From assembly GCF_001194135.2 (NCBI RefSeq), contig NC_068988.1:13323353-13387352 (forward strand): a stretch of 64,000 nt of DNA, given 5' to 3'. The position numbers were made by a program, and so were the translations under genes. Within the stretch, counting starts at the first letter, position 1. Every line of letters starts with the position of its first letter. The DNA comes from Octopus bimaculoides. Its lineage: Eukaryota. Shown one piece after another: positions 11,471-24,542 of the stretch. A model generated the notes under the pieces. The model saw only the letters and a list, made by a program, of their open reading frames with translations, was not told the origin of the DNA and did no database searches.

Positions 11471-13849
11471 ACTAGTTGAGCACTGACATTGATGTAATCG
11501 ACTAGCCCTTCCTTCCACCCATATTTTAGGTTTTTGCCTTTCATCCTTCCAGGTCAATAAAATAAGTACCAGTCGATGTAATTGCTTTACTCCCTCTCCT
11601 GAAATTGCTGGCCCTGTGCCCAAATTTGAAACCAATATTATTATAATTAATATTTAATTCTATATTTGTGAGATGAAGGATTTGTATTATGTATACTGTT
11701 TATATTAGTCAGATTGGTGTCTTAATCTTGATTGTTGATTTCACTGTTTCAGCTTTTGTACACTCCAGACCTCTTAAGGTGTCTTGTGTTGAACTTGGTT
11801 GTTATATCTGAATTTCAAACTAAACCCTTTATTTGATTCATGGGATACACTGTCCTCATTCTGCTCCATGTTTTGTGACATTTTTTTGTGAAGTATGGGC
11901 ATAGGGTAGTAGATAAAGACATTGGTTAATGTAGTGCAGTCACCTAGAGGTTCTGAGTTCAATCCCAAGCAAGGCACTAAGGTAATTCACAAAAAAAAAT
12001 CAACTGAAGCAAAAAAAAAAAATGTCACAAAACACAGAGAGCAGCATGATAACAGTGTACCCCCATGGATCAAATAAAAGATTAGGTTTGAAATTCCAAT
12101 ACAACAACCAAGCTCAACACAAAACACCCAAAGAAGGCTGGAGTACAACAGCTGAAACAGTGAAATCAAGATGAGGACACCAGTTCAACTAATATAAACA
12201 GTAAACATATTTTTGTTGTTGTTGCTTTGTTCCAAGTCTCAACCAAAGACCTTGAATAAGTTTGACATTTTGTTGTGGATGTTATTTATGAGTAGCAATG
12301 ATATAAGTCTTTTATATGATTTATGTAAGATAAATCTGTATGCCTGCAACCTTATGGTCAGCAAAGATCAACAAGAGCTGCCTTCATGCAATCACTTCAT
12401 TAATGTCTCTTCAATCAGCAATATTATCAGGTTAATTTGATTAGATATAATATCTTCCTTATATAGTCAATATGTTTGATTGAATTAACCTTCTCTCACT
12501 AAGATTCCATGATATTGATTACAAAAATAATCAATATAATGAAATCTTAGTGAGAGAAAAACCTTTGAATTGTTGCAGGAAAAAAAATTACGTTCTCATT
12601 TTTGTGTATTAGGAATTCGATGATATGAGCTGTGTTGTTCATGAATAGAGGGTTGAGGGAAGAACGAATGGTGATATCTTCAGCACTGGAGTACTTATTG
12701 CTGTTTAGCTCAAGGCACACTGTGATTGAACAGATCTATGATCTAAGGAATTCTTGTCACGATAATCCAGTATTTTTTTAGGAATATTTTAGATATTGCT
12801 TTATCTAATGTTTTCATCACTATTTTTAAGATATGATTTATTTTGTTATTTCTAACAGTTCAAGCAACTGGAAATATTTTCCCCCATTTTGGCCCATAGC
12901 AGTGTATGTGGTTGGAGATGGCAGCAAACCTCCAGCTGATATTTGGTATAATATGTCAGATGCTCCTCAACCACCCAGTTCATGTCTTTTCTCTGCTTAA
13001 TTCAATATTATGATTGAGGATCTCAAAAAAATCAATATTTCAAAAAGCAGGAAATCAATACTGTCAGAAATCATGTTACTGTTTCTCTTTTCCATCTTGT
13101 GTTTCCAATTCAGCATTTTTTTTTTTTTTACTTTTTTAACATTGTTCTTAATTGCTCATGACAATAAGACAAAAGAAAAGAAAAGAAAAAGAAAAGAAAG
13201 CTTTCCTACCTTCCATTTCCAATTGTGTGTGATTGCTTTATCTTATTGTGAAAATAAATGGAACATTCTCTGTAATTAAAAGTTACAAGTTCATAAAATA
13301 GTGCCAAATGCTCGGAGCAAATAAGAAAATAACATCACATAAAATGAATATGTATTATAATACGGAACAGAATTTTAAAGATATAATAAAATATGTGAAT
13401 AGTTTTTTTTTATCTTTCTTTACCATTATTGACCTCAAATTACTTAAGCTATTAAACTCTACCAATAAATCCGCCCCACCCACTTTTTCCATCTACCAAA
13501 TCCACTCATGTGATTTCAGTTTGCCTGGGGTTATAGTAAAAAAAAGAACACTTTCCCAAGATGACATGATGTGAAACTGAACCTGAGACCATGCAGTTTG
13601 GTTTCAGGTTCATAACCACACAGTCATAGAACTTTTATTTGATTTGGCTTTTCCTCACCTCTTTGATTCTATCTCCTTAGTATTTATTTCTCATTTCAGT
13701 AATTATAATTTTACTTTTATAATGACTCAATGGTTATAAATTTTTGTAATTATTCAGAATTTCTTTTTCTTTCATATACATATGAAAGAATATTTATCAA
13801 GATTTTTTTCTGAATTGCTAGAAAGGGGTTTATAAGTTTTTAATTCTGT

Positions 13850-14012
13850 GCCACACAAAAGACTTATGGCAAAACTCTGCAATGAGTGTGAAAGATGATC
13901 TTTTTAACTGGTTAGAGTCCTTCATTCTTAGCCAAAAAGAGGTGGTCACGGTTCTAAGACAGCATTCTTCACCCTATGAGATGTCATCTGGTGTACTGCA
14001 GGGATCTGTTCT
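13850..14012 (+). mobile_element. CR1-type LINE RT relic
   Basis: LMAKL...LFNWLESFIL...VVTV...MSSGVLQGSVL, the GVPQGSVL motif. Confidence 0.7.
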
Positions 14013-14689
14013 TATATATATATAATTTTTATAGAAACCAGCTGTGTTTCTATTTATTTATTTATTGGTTTATTTATTTATTTTGTATTACCATGGAGTA
14101 GTATTTTAATTTCTAAGTTATGAGCTTGTCATGCGAGTTTCCTGTTGGTGTTTGTTTTATTGTTGAAGATCATTGTTGTGTATTATAAAAGAAGAAAACT
14201 CAAACAATGTAAATGATTTGCTGCGTTGGCTATCAAGGAAAGAAAAATGCAGATAGTATAACCACCAGTTGGGAGGAGAAAACCATGCTGTGTCTTGTTG
14301 AAGGCTGACTGCTGTACATTGTGTCCGAAGCCATCTCTAGCTCAAGGTGGTCTGTTTGGTGAGTTAGGTACCAAACTGTTTAAGGAGGGTAAAAAGGGGA
14401 CAGATTTTAGAACATCCAAGAATCCATGTCATGTTACAACTTCATGCTGCTTGATCAACTTATTGATCAATCATACTCGTGATCTCTAACTGATTATTTT
14501 GTGGTTGGGGTTTGAATCCCTACCAACCCATCATGGACAACCGGCAATCTAATCCTCTCAATGTATACAAATGGAAGCATGGTTGAGAAATTTGCGTTAC
14601 AAACATAATTCTGGGTTTAACTCCACTGAATGGCATTTCAAGACAGGAACTTCTAGAGCAGTGTTGAGTTAATCCAAATCTTGGGAGTG

Positions 14690-15110
14690 AAATTCTATAG
14701 ACAGAAACTGTATGAAAGTTTGAATTTACTATATCTGTTCTTGGGTGGCAAACTTAATCCATCACCTGGTTTAATCTCACCATGTGACCCGTGGATAACT
14801 TTAGCAGAGCTCACTTTATTTGCAAGCATGAGAAACAAATTTCTGCATTGAGGATAACTTGTGAGCCATGATTTCTTTCTCTCATTTTCTTTATAGTTCA
14901 CTGAGACATTACAAAAGACCATGAGTGCTGTCCTCATTCATCTGATTACCATATTTGATGGCTTAAAAGGTGCATATTTCTTTTAAAATGTCTCAAAGAA
15001 TCACCCTGAGTGCTATATGTGAAGTTGGGCCTCTCATTAGCTAATATTATTCCTGATGAATATGTGTGGCTGCAATTAGGGTACATCTAACATGCCCATT
15101 TGTCTTTTAT
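14690..15110 (-). mobile_element. Possible degraded piggyBac transposase fragment
   Basis: Frameshifted similarity to the RF....R.LH ... DE.LL.F.GR ... P.RYG.K region; weak. Confidence 0.3.
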
Positions 15111-16008
15111 ATAGTAAGTCATAAAGACAATTTACAAAATTTATTGTTATAATCTGCATTTTTCTGTCAGTTAATGAGGTCAATGTTAACCAGTCCCAAA
15201 CTGGTTTCGATCATTATTATACATCATGAACGGGAATTGCAAAAGGATAAAAAAATAAAAAAACCCATTATGAATGCTATTTTGTTTTCTCCGTCAACTT
15301 CCTATGAAAATCAGAATTTTATATTTTGCTCACATCTTGATAGCAAGGTGCAAAATCATTTGGTGACATAATTACATAGTGTCTCTGCACACTTGTTCAC
15401 ATATGTAAATTCCATCTCACAATTTACTTTATTAAAGCTATCTTATGTTAGTTTTTATGTAAATCTTATGATCACAATACAACAGTAAAACTGATATTCT
15501 CTCTCTCTTTTACACACACACATACACATATGAAGACATATGTATAGTATATACGAACATAGATGCATGCCTACATACATACACACACACACACACAATA
15601 AATATATNNNNNNNNNNNNNNNNNNNNNNNNNNNNNNNNNNNNNNNNNNNNNNNNNNNNNNNNNNNNNNNNNNNNNNNNNNNNNNNNNNATATATATATA
15701 TGTCTGCAAGTGTGTGGGTACAGTGGGATTGACACAGCCATCATGCAGTGGTATTGACACAGCCATTAAGTCAGTTTCACAGAGGAGTGGCTAATAGGAT
15801 TCACTTGTGTCTGGCGACTTTTATCTTTTACTTGTTTCAGTAATCATGTCGGGGCACTATTTTGAATGGTTTAGTCAAACAAACTAACCCCATTACTTAC
15901 TTTTAAAGCCCAGTACTCATTCTATTGGCCTCTTTTGCTGAACTATTAAGTTATGGAAATAAACAAACACTGGTTGTCAAGCAATGACTACACAAACACA
16001 TGCTCATA

Positions 16009-17672
16009 CACTGGACAGATCTGTGGGAACTGGAACCTCTCTGTATCTCCTTCCTTCTCCAGGCAGTGTATGACACACTCCCATGGCCAACAAACCTGCA
16101 CAGAAGGGGGTTTGAAAGAGGACCAGCTGTGTAGACTCTATGGAGAAAGGGGCACCCTGGCACACATTTTGTCAGGGTGCAAATTAGCACTTAGGCAAAA
16201 GACAAGTGGCATTGTGACCAGTGCTGGATTAACTATTAAGCAAAATAAGCACATGCTTAGGGCATCAAAGCAAGGGGAGAACCACAGAAATGATAAATGG
16301 TTTACTGCACAAAAGAAGTCTCTCTAAACATGCTATAATAACATTTGGAATGCCTTATCCCTACTAATTAGAGAAGCAAATGTGTTATGTAAGATTAATT
16401 TTGAGGGTCTGGTCAAAGACATGGCAATTTTAAGAAAGTAGAAAACTTTTTATTTATAAATAAAGTGGAAATATAGAAAAATAAATATTATTTTCCATCT
16501 TACTGTCAGCTTTCTTTCATTTTGAAAAATAAAATTTTACTTTATGGTTTATTATAGTTTATATTTGGAATTACATATATATGTATAGGCGCAGGAGTGG
16601 CTGTGTGGTTAGTAGCTTGCTTACCAACCACATGGTTCTGGGTTCAGTCCCACTGCGTGGTACCTTGGGCAAGTGTCTTCTACTATAGCCTTGGGTCGAC
16701 CAAACCCTTGTGAGTGGATTTGGTAGACGGAAACTGAAAAAAGCCCGTCGTATATTGTGTGTCAGTGTTTGTCCCCCCACCATCGCTTGACAACCGATGC
16801 TGGTGTGTTTACGTCCCCATAACTTAACGGTTCAGCAAAAAGAGACTGATAGAATAAGTACTAGGCTTACAAAGAATAAGTTCGGGGTCGATTTTCTCGA
16901 CTAAAGGTGGTGCTCCAGCATGGCCGCAGTCAAATGACTGAAACAAGTAAAAGAGTAAAGAGAGTATATATGGGCAGCACCAAACTCTTTTAAGTGCTTA
17001 GGGTCTCTATGGGTCTTAATCCAGCTCTGATCATGACAAGGTGCTTGCAACACTTGCCCACACTCTGGAATCGAAAAGGCTCAAGAAACACCATTAGCTG
17101 GGGAAAACAACAGCAGCAATCAAGTTTGTGAAGGAAAGAGAAAAGCCAGTGAAAACAGCAAAAATAACAAATATTCTGCAACATGGAGTCTAATCATGGG
17201 ATATGAAAGTAGACCAGGGGAAAGATTGCAGTCTCCCCAGGTTGTCCAGACATCCCTGAGGTGAGATGTAGTTTTGTGGTCTGAAAAGGTAAAAGAAATA
17301 ATCTTGATTGAGCTTACAGTCCCATGGGAAAAATAGTGTGATCAAGCCTTTGAATGGAGCATGGAGTAGGGATGACAATCATGGTTTTTGCCAGTTAAGC
17401 ATGGTTGTAGGGAATTCCCTGCCAAGTTGGTATGGATGATGCTTACAACTATTAGAATAAGAGGAATAGAGCAAAGGGTGGCTGTGCATAGGATGGGAGA
17501 GGCAGAAGAAACTTCTTCTTGTTGGTTATGGAACAAGAGAGAGGAGTTAAACTGGACACCTGGAAGAGATGATGAGCAGTGATTTGCCCACCTCTGCAGA
17601 CTCACCTATGGTAGGATGTTACGGTTCAGGATCAAAACAGCTGATGATTGCTGGATACCGTCTAATGACATC
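16009..17672 (+). mobile_element. HERO-like (R2 superfamily, restriction-like endonuclease) non-LTR retrotransposon 3' relic, split by nested insertions
   Basis: WTDLWELEPL.ISFLLQAVYDTLP and LCRLYGERGTLAHILSGC (CCHC knuckle) at 16009-16198; resumes at 17032 with HDKVLA..., TSLR*DVVLWSEKVKEIILIELTVPWEN (PD-(D/E)xK) and RMGEAEETSSCWLWNKREE. Confidence 0.8.
16588..16966 (+). mobile_element. Near full-length tRNA-derived SINE, family B
   Basis: A-box-like TGGCTGTGTGG, B-box GGTTCAGTCC, body GGGCAAGTGTCTTCTACTATAGCC, tail CAAATGACTGAAACAAGTAAAAGAG; truncated copies at about 6575-6720, 23030-23170, 23920-24070, 24330-24480 and 47410-47540. Confidence 0.88.
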
Positions 17673-18653
17673 AATTCCTCTTACCCAAAGCTCCATTCAC
17701 CTTGGGGAATGGAAAAGAAGCAACTTCTTTCAGATGTTCTCAATAATGATATGTATATGACAGGTTTCTACTCAGTTTTTGTTGGCCAAATCCACTCACA
17801 AGGCAGTGGTCAGCCCAGGGTTATAGTAGAAGACACTTGCCTGAGATGTCATGTTGTGGGACTGAACACAAAACTTATGTGGTTGCATAGAGTGCTTCTT
17901 AACCATATATCCATGGCAGCAATGATGGGTAATCTTAATTCTAATTAGTTTCAATATCATGGCGAGTGAAAAGTGTCAACAGTTTCCACTAACCGCTGAA
18001 TAAGTATAAACAACCCTTTTACATCTTCGTGACACGTTAGGGTATCCATACAATACAAAGCTAATGGTTAACACATCCATCAGTTCGCGTTTCCGTTTAA
18101 ATTGCATTGGTATTTGCGTGCGTGTGTACGAGTGTGTGTGTGTGTGTGTGTGATGAAGTTGCGTAATAAAGCTTGTTTTAAGAAAATAACAGTGATAAGA
18201 AGTGATAAGAATTTTAAATATTTTATAGTTCGGAATTAGAAGTTTCTAATATAATTCTATTCATCTGTAGAATGCATTATAGAAATGTATATATCTACCC
18301 TACCACTTGACTAATACTTTATATTAACGACTGAAAAGAATGAGAAACAAAGTTAACCTCAACAAGATTTGCACACAGAACGTAAAGTATTATAATTAAA
18401 TGCCTTGGAGCATTTTATCTTACAGTTCTACCATAAAAGATGTTGTCTTTCCATATATATCATTAAGCCTTCTGGAATAATAAATTAAGAATCTATTTTT
18501 AAATTTCGTTTTTCGTTTCATTTTAAATCTGGATTTTTTGCACATCCATCTCCCCAGGCAATTTATTTCGGTTCATAATAGTTTTCCAGTGCTAAATTTG
18601 AAACTGACGTAAATAAAGATTGACATTAAAGTATTTGTTGTTTCACTTCAAAG

Positions 18654-18704
18654 ATGGGTCTAACAAGTAGTGTGTTAAAACAAAAAGATCTTGATGATTA
18701 TCAG
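18654..18704 (+). CDS. CIB1: CIB exon 1 (MGLTSSVLKQKDLDDYQ)
   Basis: 51 nt, CAG|GTTTGA donor. Confidence 0.9.
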
Positions 18705-20131
18705 GTTTGAGAAAACATTTATTTATTTCTCTCATTTCATACACATTATATAATGTGTTGGACTTCGCCTACTAACTTGATATTGCGATTCACCCATTAA
18801 TGATTTGCTGTTTACAATACACAATTGTTGTGTAATAAAATGTGATCGGAAGTTTTATTAGATTTCACCTAATTTAATATCTGTTGTTGTTTTGCCTCTC
18901 TGACAGAGCAGACAAACCTATGATCAAATGTTCTCCATATATGACTATTTCATCGCCTTTTCTCAGACTTAGTGCCTCTAGGTGTATTATTTTATATAAT
19001 TATTATTTTAAGATGATAGGATGTGATATGAGGGAGATTTGGCTTTCGTTATTTATAGGTGGAGAGATAACAAAAAGGTTTCTCCGTGGCCTTGCTTTAT
19101 ATATGTGGAAATAAAACAAGTGAAACACAGAAACATTTTCAGGGCCTAATTACAATTATGTGTTTGCGATTATGTTGGAATTGGAAAAATTGTAAATTTT
19201 CTTTTGTTTTTCGCATAATTCCTTCCCACTTTGTTTTATCAATCTTAAAAATGCATACTTTTTTCAATGAGATTTTCCTATGGTGTAGATTATTATGTGA
19301 AAGGGAATTTTAAAACCTTTTTTGTTTGCAGGGCTATCTCTTTCCCTGCCGCCACTAAACATTGTTAAATGCATATTTTTTTAATAAAAGTTTTCATGTT
19401 TTTGAGGGGATAGATTAAGATTAAAAAGTTTTTGTTTTTTTTAAATTTCCTGAAGTTAATTGTACTCTAGACCTTCGAAAACGTATTTGTGGAAAATTTC
19501 ATTAAAAAAAAAACAGGTATTTAAAAAAAAAGTTACGAAGAAATAAATTCGGAATTGTGGGGGGGGGGGCATTCTTTTGACAAATGTGCCCCACTGATCT
19601 TCCCCCCCCCCTCTGAAACATCTCTGAATTTCATTTAAAAAACATGCATTAAAAAATTATTAGAAAACAAATGTCCCTAGTGTTGGTACAAAGTTACAAA
19701 AAATTGTAGAGATATTACTAAATACTATATGTGCAGATATTGTTGTACCTATTTATTGGGTTTAGTATGATTCAAAATTTTAGATACTAATTAATATTTC
19801 AATTGGCGGGATTTTGGAATAGTTGTCTTTTCGAAGTCCCATTCTTCATGGGAAAGGAAAAGAATATGGAAGCGACTAAAGCCCTTCCAGGTAGCGCCCC
19901 AGCATTGCTGCAGTCCTTTGAAAATTTTCAGAATCGTTATATTCCAAAATAACACTAAATTTATATTTTAATTTAGACAATATTGAGTAATGTTGTAATA
20001 TCAAATACTTCGGGGTCTGGGAAGTATGTCAATATTGTGCATTTAAAACAGTAAACCATAAATTGTTTGGAACATTAACAAATTTAAAAAATAGCTTTAA
20101 ATATTCTAAAATTTATTTAGAATGTCGGAGA

Positions 20132-20197
<66 letters not shown>

Positions 20198-23100
20198 TAT
20201 ATACATACACACAATAATATCTATCGATTTTTAGTTTAAAATTTGCTGTTTTGCGGACACGCCTTTATAACAATTAAGTCCTGGTAATTCGTTTGTAGTC
20301 ATTTCACAGGTTTGATTTCCTAAGTTACAAAAACTATGTCATGCGCTGTTCAACTTTCTTTTATCAATTCATTATAGTTAAACACCTCAAAATAATGCAT
20401 CTATACACGTTTTTCTGATTAGTTGTATAAACAAACATTAATCAATCGATAAGTTAACGTTATAACACTAATTTAGCAACTTCATTATTTACCTGTTGCT
20501 CCTCTGTTCGGAAGATTTATAACAGTGAAAGATACAATGCTTATAATAGGCACTCCTCTAGTCACAAACCTAGATTGACACAAAGTGTAAAATATTAAAT
20601 TTATTCCCACCAGATTACTTGAAAAAAGAAAAAGCATAGTATTGCTTACTAATGACGTGAATTGCATTTTTATTTTATTTTTTTCTGGAAATTAGTAATA
20701 AAGAAGTTATTAGCATTTAAAGTTATGTAAATTTTGGAAGAAATTGAACAATGTTTCATGAAGTTTGTATCGGTTAAATTGTTGGCTATCTTTCGATTTG
20801 ACTCGAATTTTGTCAAATAAAGAACTCGGTAATTTCCGTGAACATGTGTTGTTTCGTCAACTGATAGTTGACACATGTTCATGGAAATCCCTGAGTTCTT
20901 TGTTGACAAACCTCGAATCAAACTGAAAGATAGCCAATATCTATATTAAATCTATATTCTAGAGTATGACAAGTTCAAAGAAGCTATGTCGGGCCATTTA
21001 GAATAAAGAACTTAGATAATTCTGACAGTGAATAAGCATTCAATATAATCAGACGTACGATATTGTATTGTTTTATATTTGGCATTTCTACAGATGTGTA
21101 CCCCCACCCGACTTTGTTTCCTCATAACTTCCAGAAAATGGATATTTTTAAATGAAATTTTCTACAAATATGCTTCAGGTGGTGTAGATTTTGATTATAT
21201 TGGAGTATGTGGTGAAAAACAAAAATTTCCAAGGGTGCGGCAAGGAGCTTCGGAATATGCACATGGGATGGCTTTCTTTACTCATAACTTTCAGAAATAT
21301 GGGTAATTTTTTATGAAATTTTCATCAAATAACTTTCAGATGGTGTAGATTACGATTATATTAGAATTTAATATGAAAAACAAAAATCAGTGGACTTGTA
21401 TTCACTAGTGTAGCTAGAGTGTGTGCCGCCCGGGGCTGCCCTTCCGTTTGCCGCCCCGGGACCCCACAAAAAAGCACATATTGCCTACAGCAGACGCAAA
21501 AGTGCCGCCGCTATGCAAGTGCTCGTACCCATACATATACGTAAAACAATTTGGTTAATGAACAGAGATCCCAGTGTTTATATATAAAAACAACATGTAA
21601 TTGTATGCATAATGAGACATTGAATAATTAAAAATTTTATTTCATCTTCAGCAACTAACATATTTCACTGAGCAAGAAATCTTAGAGTAAGTTAAAAAAA
21701 AAAATTTTTTTCTTTCTGTGTGTGTATGTGTGTGTGTGTACACACGTGCTCTGTTATTTATTAAATCATCATTCTATGGTTTGTTCACATCTTGCAGATC
21801 AGCAAAAGAGAAAGCTATTTGTGAATCGCTTTAAAGAAAGTTAATCTTGGAAAATATTATATGGCATATCTTTGTGGTTAAGAAGATCATGTCATAACCT
21901 TGTGATTCCAGGTTTGATCTTGCTACTTGGCACCTTGGACAAGTGTGTCCTGTTCTAGTCTCAGGTTGGCCAATATGCATAAAATTTGGGAGATGTAAAG
22001 CCTGTCATGTGCTTGTTTGCATCTTTGTTTACTGGTTTGAGCTGTATCCCTTGTTATATAAAGAAAACCTTCACAAACCTTAGCTTTTCAATAAAATCAG
22101 TGCCAGACTAGAATGAGTTTATAGAATCAATTGAAACACTACATGACAATGCTATGTCATGGCTACCTTCCACTGGTCAAAGCTAGTGAAGGAGTAGTTG
22201 ACCATTCATCGATTTCATGAATTTGTTTTAACATAGAATATATTATGTGTGTATTTAACTTATTTCCTTTTTCTCTAATATTTCAGGGGTTTCCGGATAT
22301 TTAAATCTCTAGGGAAGGAAGAAGTAAAAAACTATGCACTTAAGGCTAAAATCCCTTTTGCCAGGATTCAGGAGCTTCCTCAACTAAGAGTAAGGGACAT
22401 CTTTGAGTTTCTGATATATATATGTGTATATGTGTCCCAACCATGCCAGCATGGAAGGCAGACGTTAAATAATGATGATGAAAGCCAATCTGATGAAGTG
22501 CCATTCCAAATATAATCATCTGAATACTTCACATGGAATCATTTAAATGCAATGGCTTCAGGAATGGGATGGTACCGATATAATTGTAACTAATTATAAC
22601 CCAGATCAGCATGGAACGTGAACGTCAAATGTGATGTGCTAAATTCATACGCTTGTAATGCATTTGTTCTTAATTGTATTATATGTTACTCTTCACAAGA
22701 CTCACACATTGCTTTTACGAGTGATATACCTGGAATTTCTGCAGCAGTGGACTTTCAATTTTCCTTTACCTGGTTTAAATACTAAAGGGTTGAGTCGACC
22801 TCTCGCACCTACCCTATAATATTATTCTAAAAATAAACAATCATGTGACTGAAATCTTGAAACTATGAAGTAATGCATGACTCAATATAAAATAATGTGA
22901 ATAAATAAGAATCACAGTTGAGAAAATAATCTGATTGTTAAAAGATTACAGTTTCAATTCAAGATTGTAGATAGCCAGGAGTTCAGTTTGGGGGTTGCAT
23001 TAAAAATGCACTGATTTTCTATTCTATTATGATCTGCTGTTCACTTCCCAAGCATTTGGTTTTGGGTTCAGTCCCACTGTATGGCAACACAGGCAAGTGT

Positions 23101-24486
23101 TTTCTACTATAGCCTCAGACCAACCAAAGCCTTGTGAGTAAATTGGGTCAGCAGAAACCCAAGTCTGTTGTGTATGCAAAAGTGCTTGTGCTTCCTTAAA
23201 TAGGAGGAAATATAAACAATGTATGGGATGTTTGTTGGGCTCATGATCATAAGATCATGATTTCAACTCCCTGACCGGGCAGTGTGTTGTGTTGCTGGGC
23301 AAAACACCTCATTTCACAATGTTCCAGTCCACCCAACTGCAAATAAGTCAAACCTACGACAGACTGGCTTCCTGTTCATTGGGGAGTGTTGCAATTAGTT
23401 ATATATCATGGAAACCAGGTTAAGTTTTGGACTAATAAAACTTTGGGCTTATGACAGACCTAATTCTAAGTAATTTAATGACTTTTCAGATGAATCCTTT
23501 CCGTGATCGTATTTGTTCAGTTTTTTCCTCAAGTGATGATGAGCATATGAATTTTGAAGACTTCCTACATATGATGTCTGTCTTCAGTGACAATGCACCC
23601 AAAGATTTGAAGGCTCATTATGCATTTAATATCTATGGTATGTTATAATTTACTTTTAATAATTTTCAACAAACATTAAAAAAAAAATTATGTAAATTGT
23701 TTTATTTATGAAGTATAATGACATACAAAATGCTACAATAGGTACATTCAATTTGTCATTTTCAGATCTTGATAACGATGAAAGAATTTCTGAACGTGAC
23801 CTTTTTGAAGTTCTGGATAGACTAACAGTTGGTAAGAATATGGATGAAGGGAACGAATATTTGCTGTCAATAGAAGAAAAACGGAAAGTAGTTCAAGAAG
23901 TAAGTTAATCAGCTGCTATCATGACTATGCGGTTAAGAAGTTTGCATTCCAACCACATGGTTTCAGGTTCAGTCCCAGTGTGCGACACCTTGACAAATGT
24001 CTTCTACTGGGCTGACTTAATATCTTGTGAGTGAATTTGGAAGATGGAAACTGTAGGAAACCTGTTATGTGTGTGAATGCTGACATCCTATGGTTTCACT
24101 TGAGTGAACTGGAAAATGATGATGACCTGCTTTGTCAACATTATGAAGATCACTACACTTTCAAAGACCTGAAGGATTAAAATAAAAATTTAAAAAAAAC
24201 CTTCCTTATATGTAAAGTAGGTTGATGACAGGAAAAGTATCTAACTGTAAAATCTTGCCTAAGATATGTTCCCATCCAACCCCTGCTAGCATAGAAAAAC
24301 AGGCATTAAATTAAATGTATGCTTAGATGCTGGCATAGCTGTGTGGTAAAAAGTTTGCTTCCCAACCACATGGTTTCAGGTTCAGTTGCACTGTGTGGCA
24401 CTTTCAGCAAGTGTCTTTTACCATAGCCCAGAGTTGATCAAAACCTTGCAAGTGGACTTGCTAGGTTGAAACTGAAAGAAGCCCAT

Positions 24487-24542
<56 letters not shown>

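Noticed and set aside
11893-11985. tRNA gene
   Set aside because: A/B-box-like motifs are present but the acceptor and T stems do not pair; it is a SINE-type head.
21798-21880. Extra CIB exon after CTTGCAG in intron 2
   Set aside because: It hits an in-frame stop within 12 codons and has a weak donor; exons 2 and 3 already join in frame.
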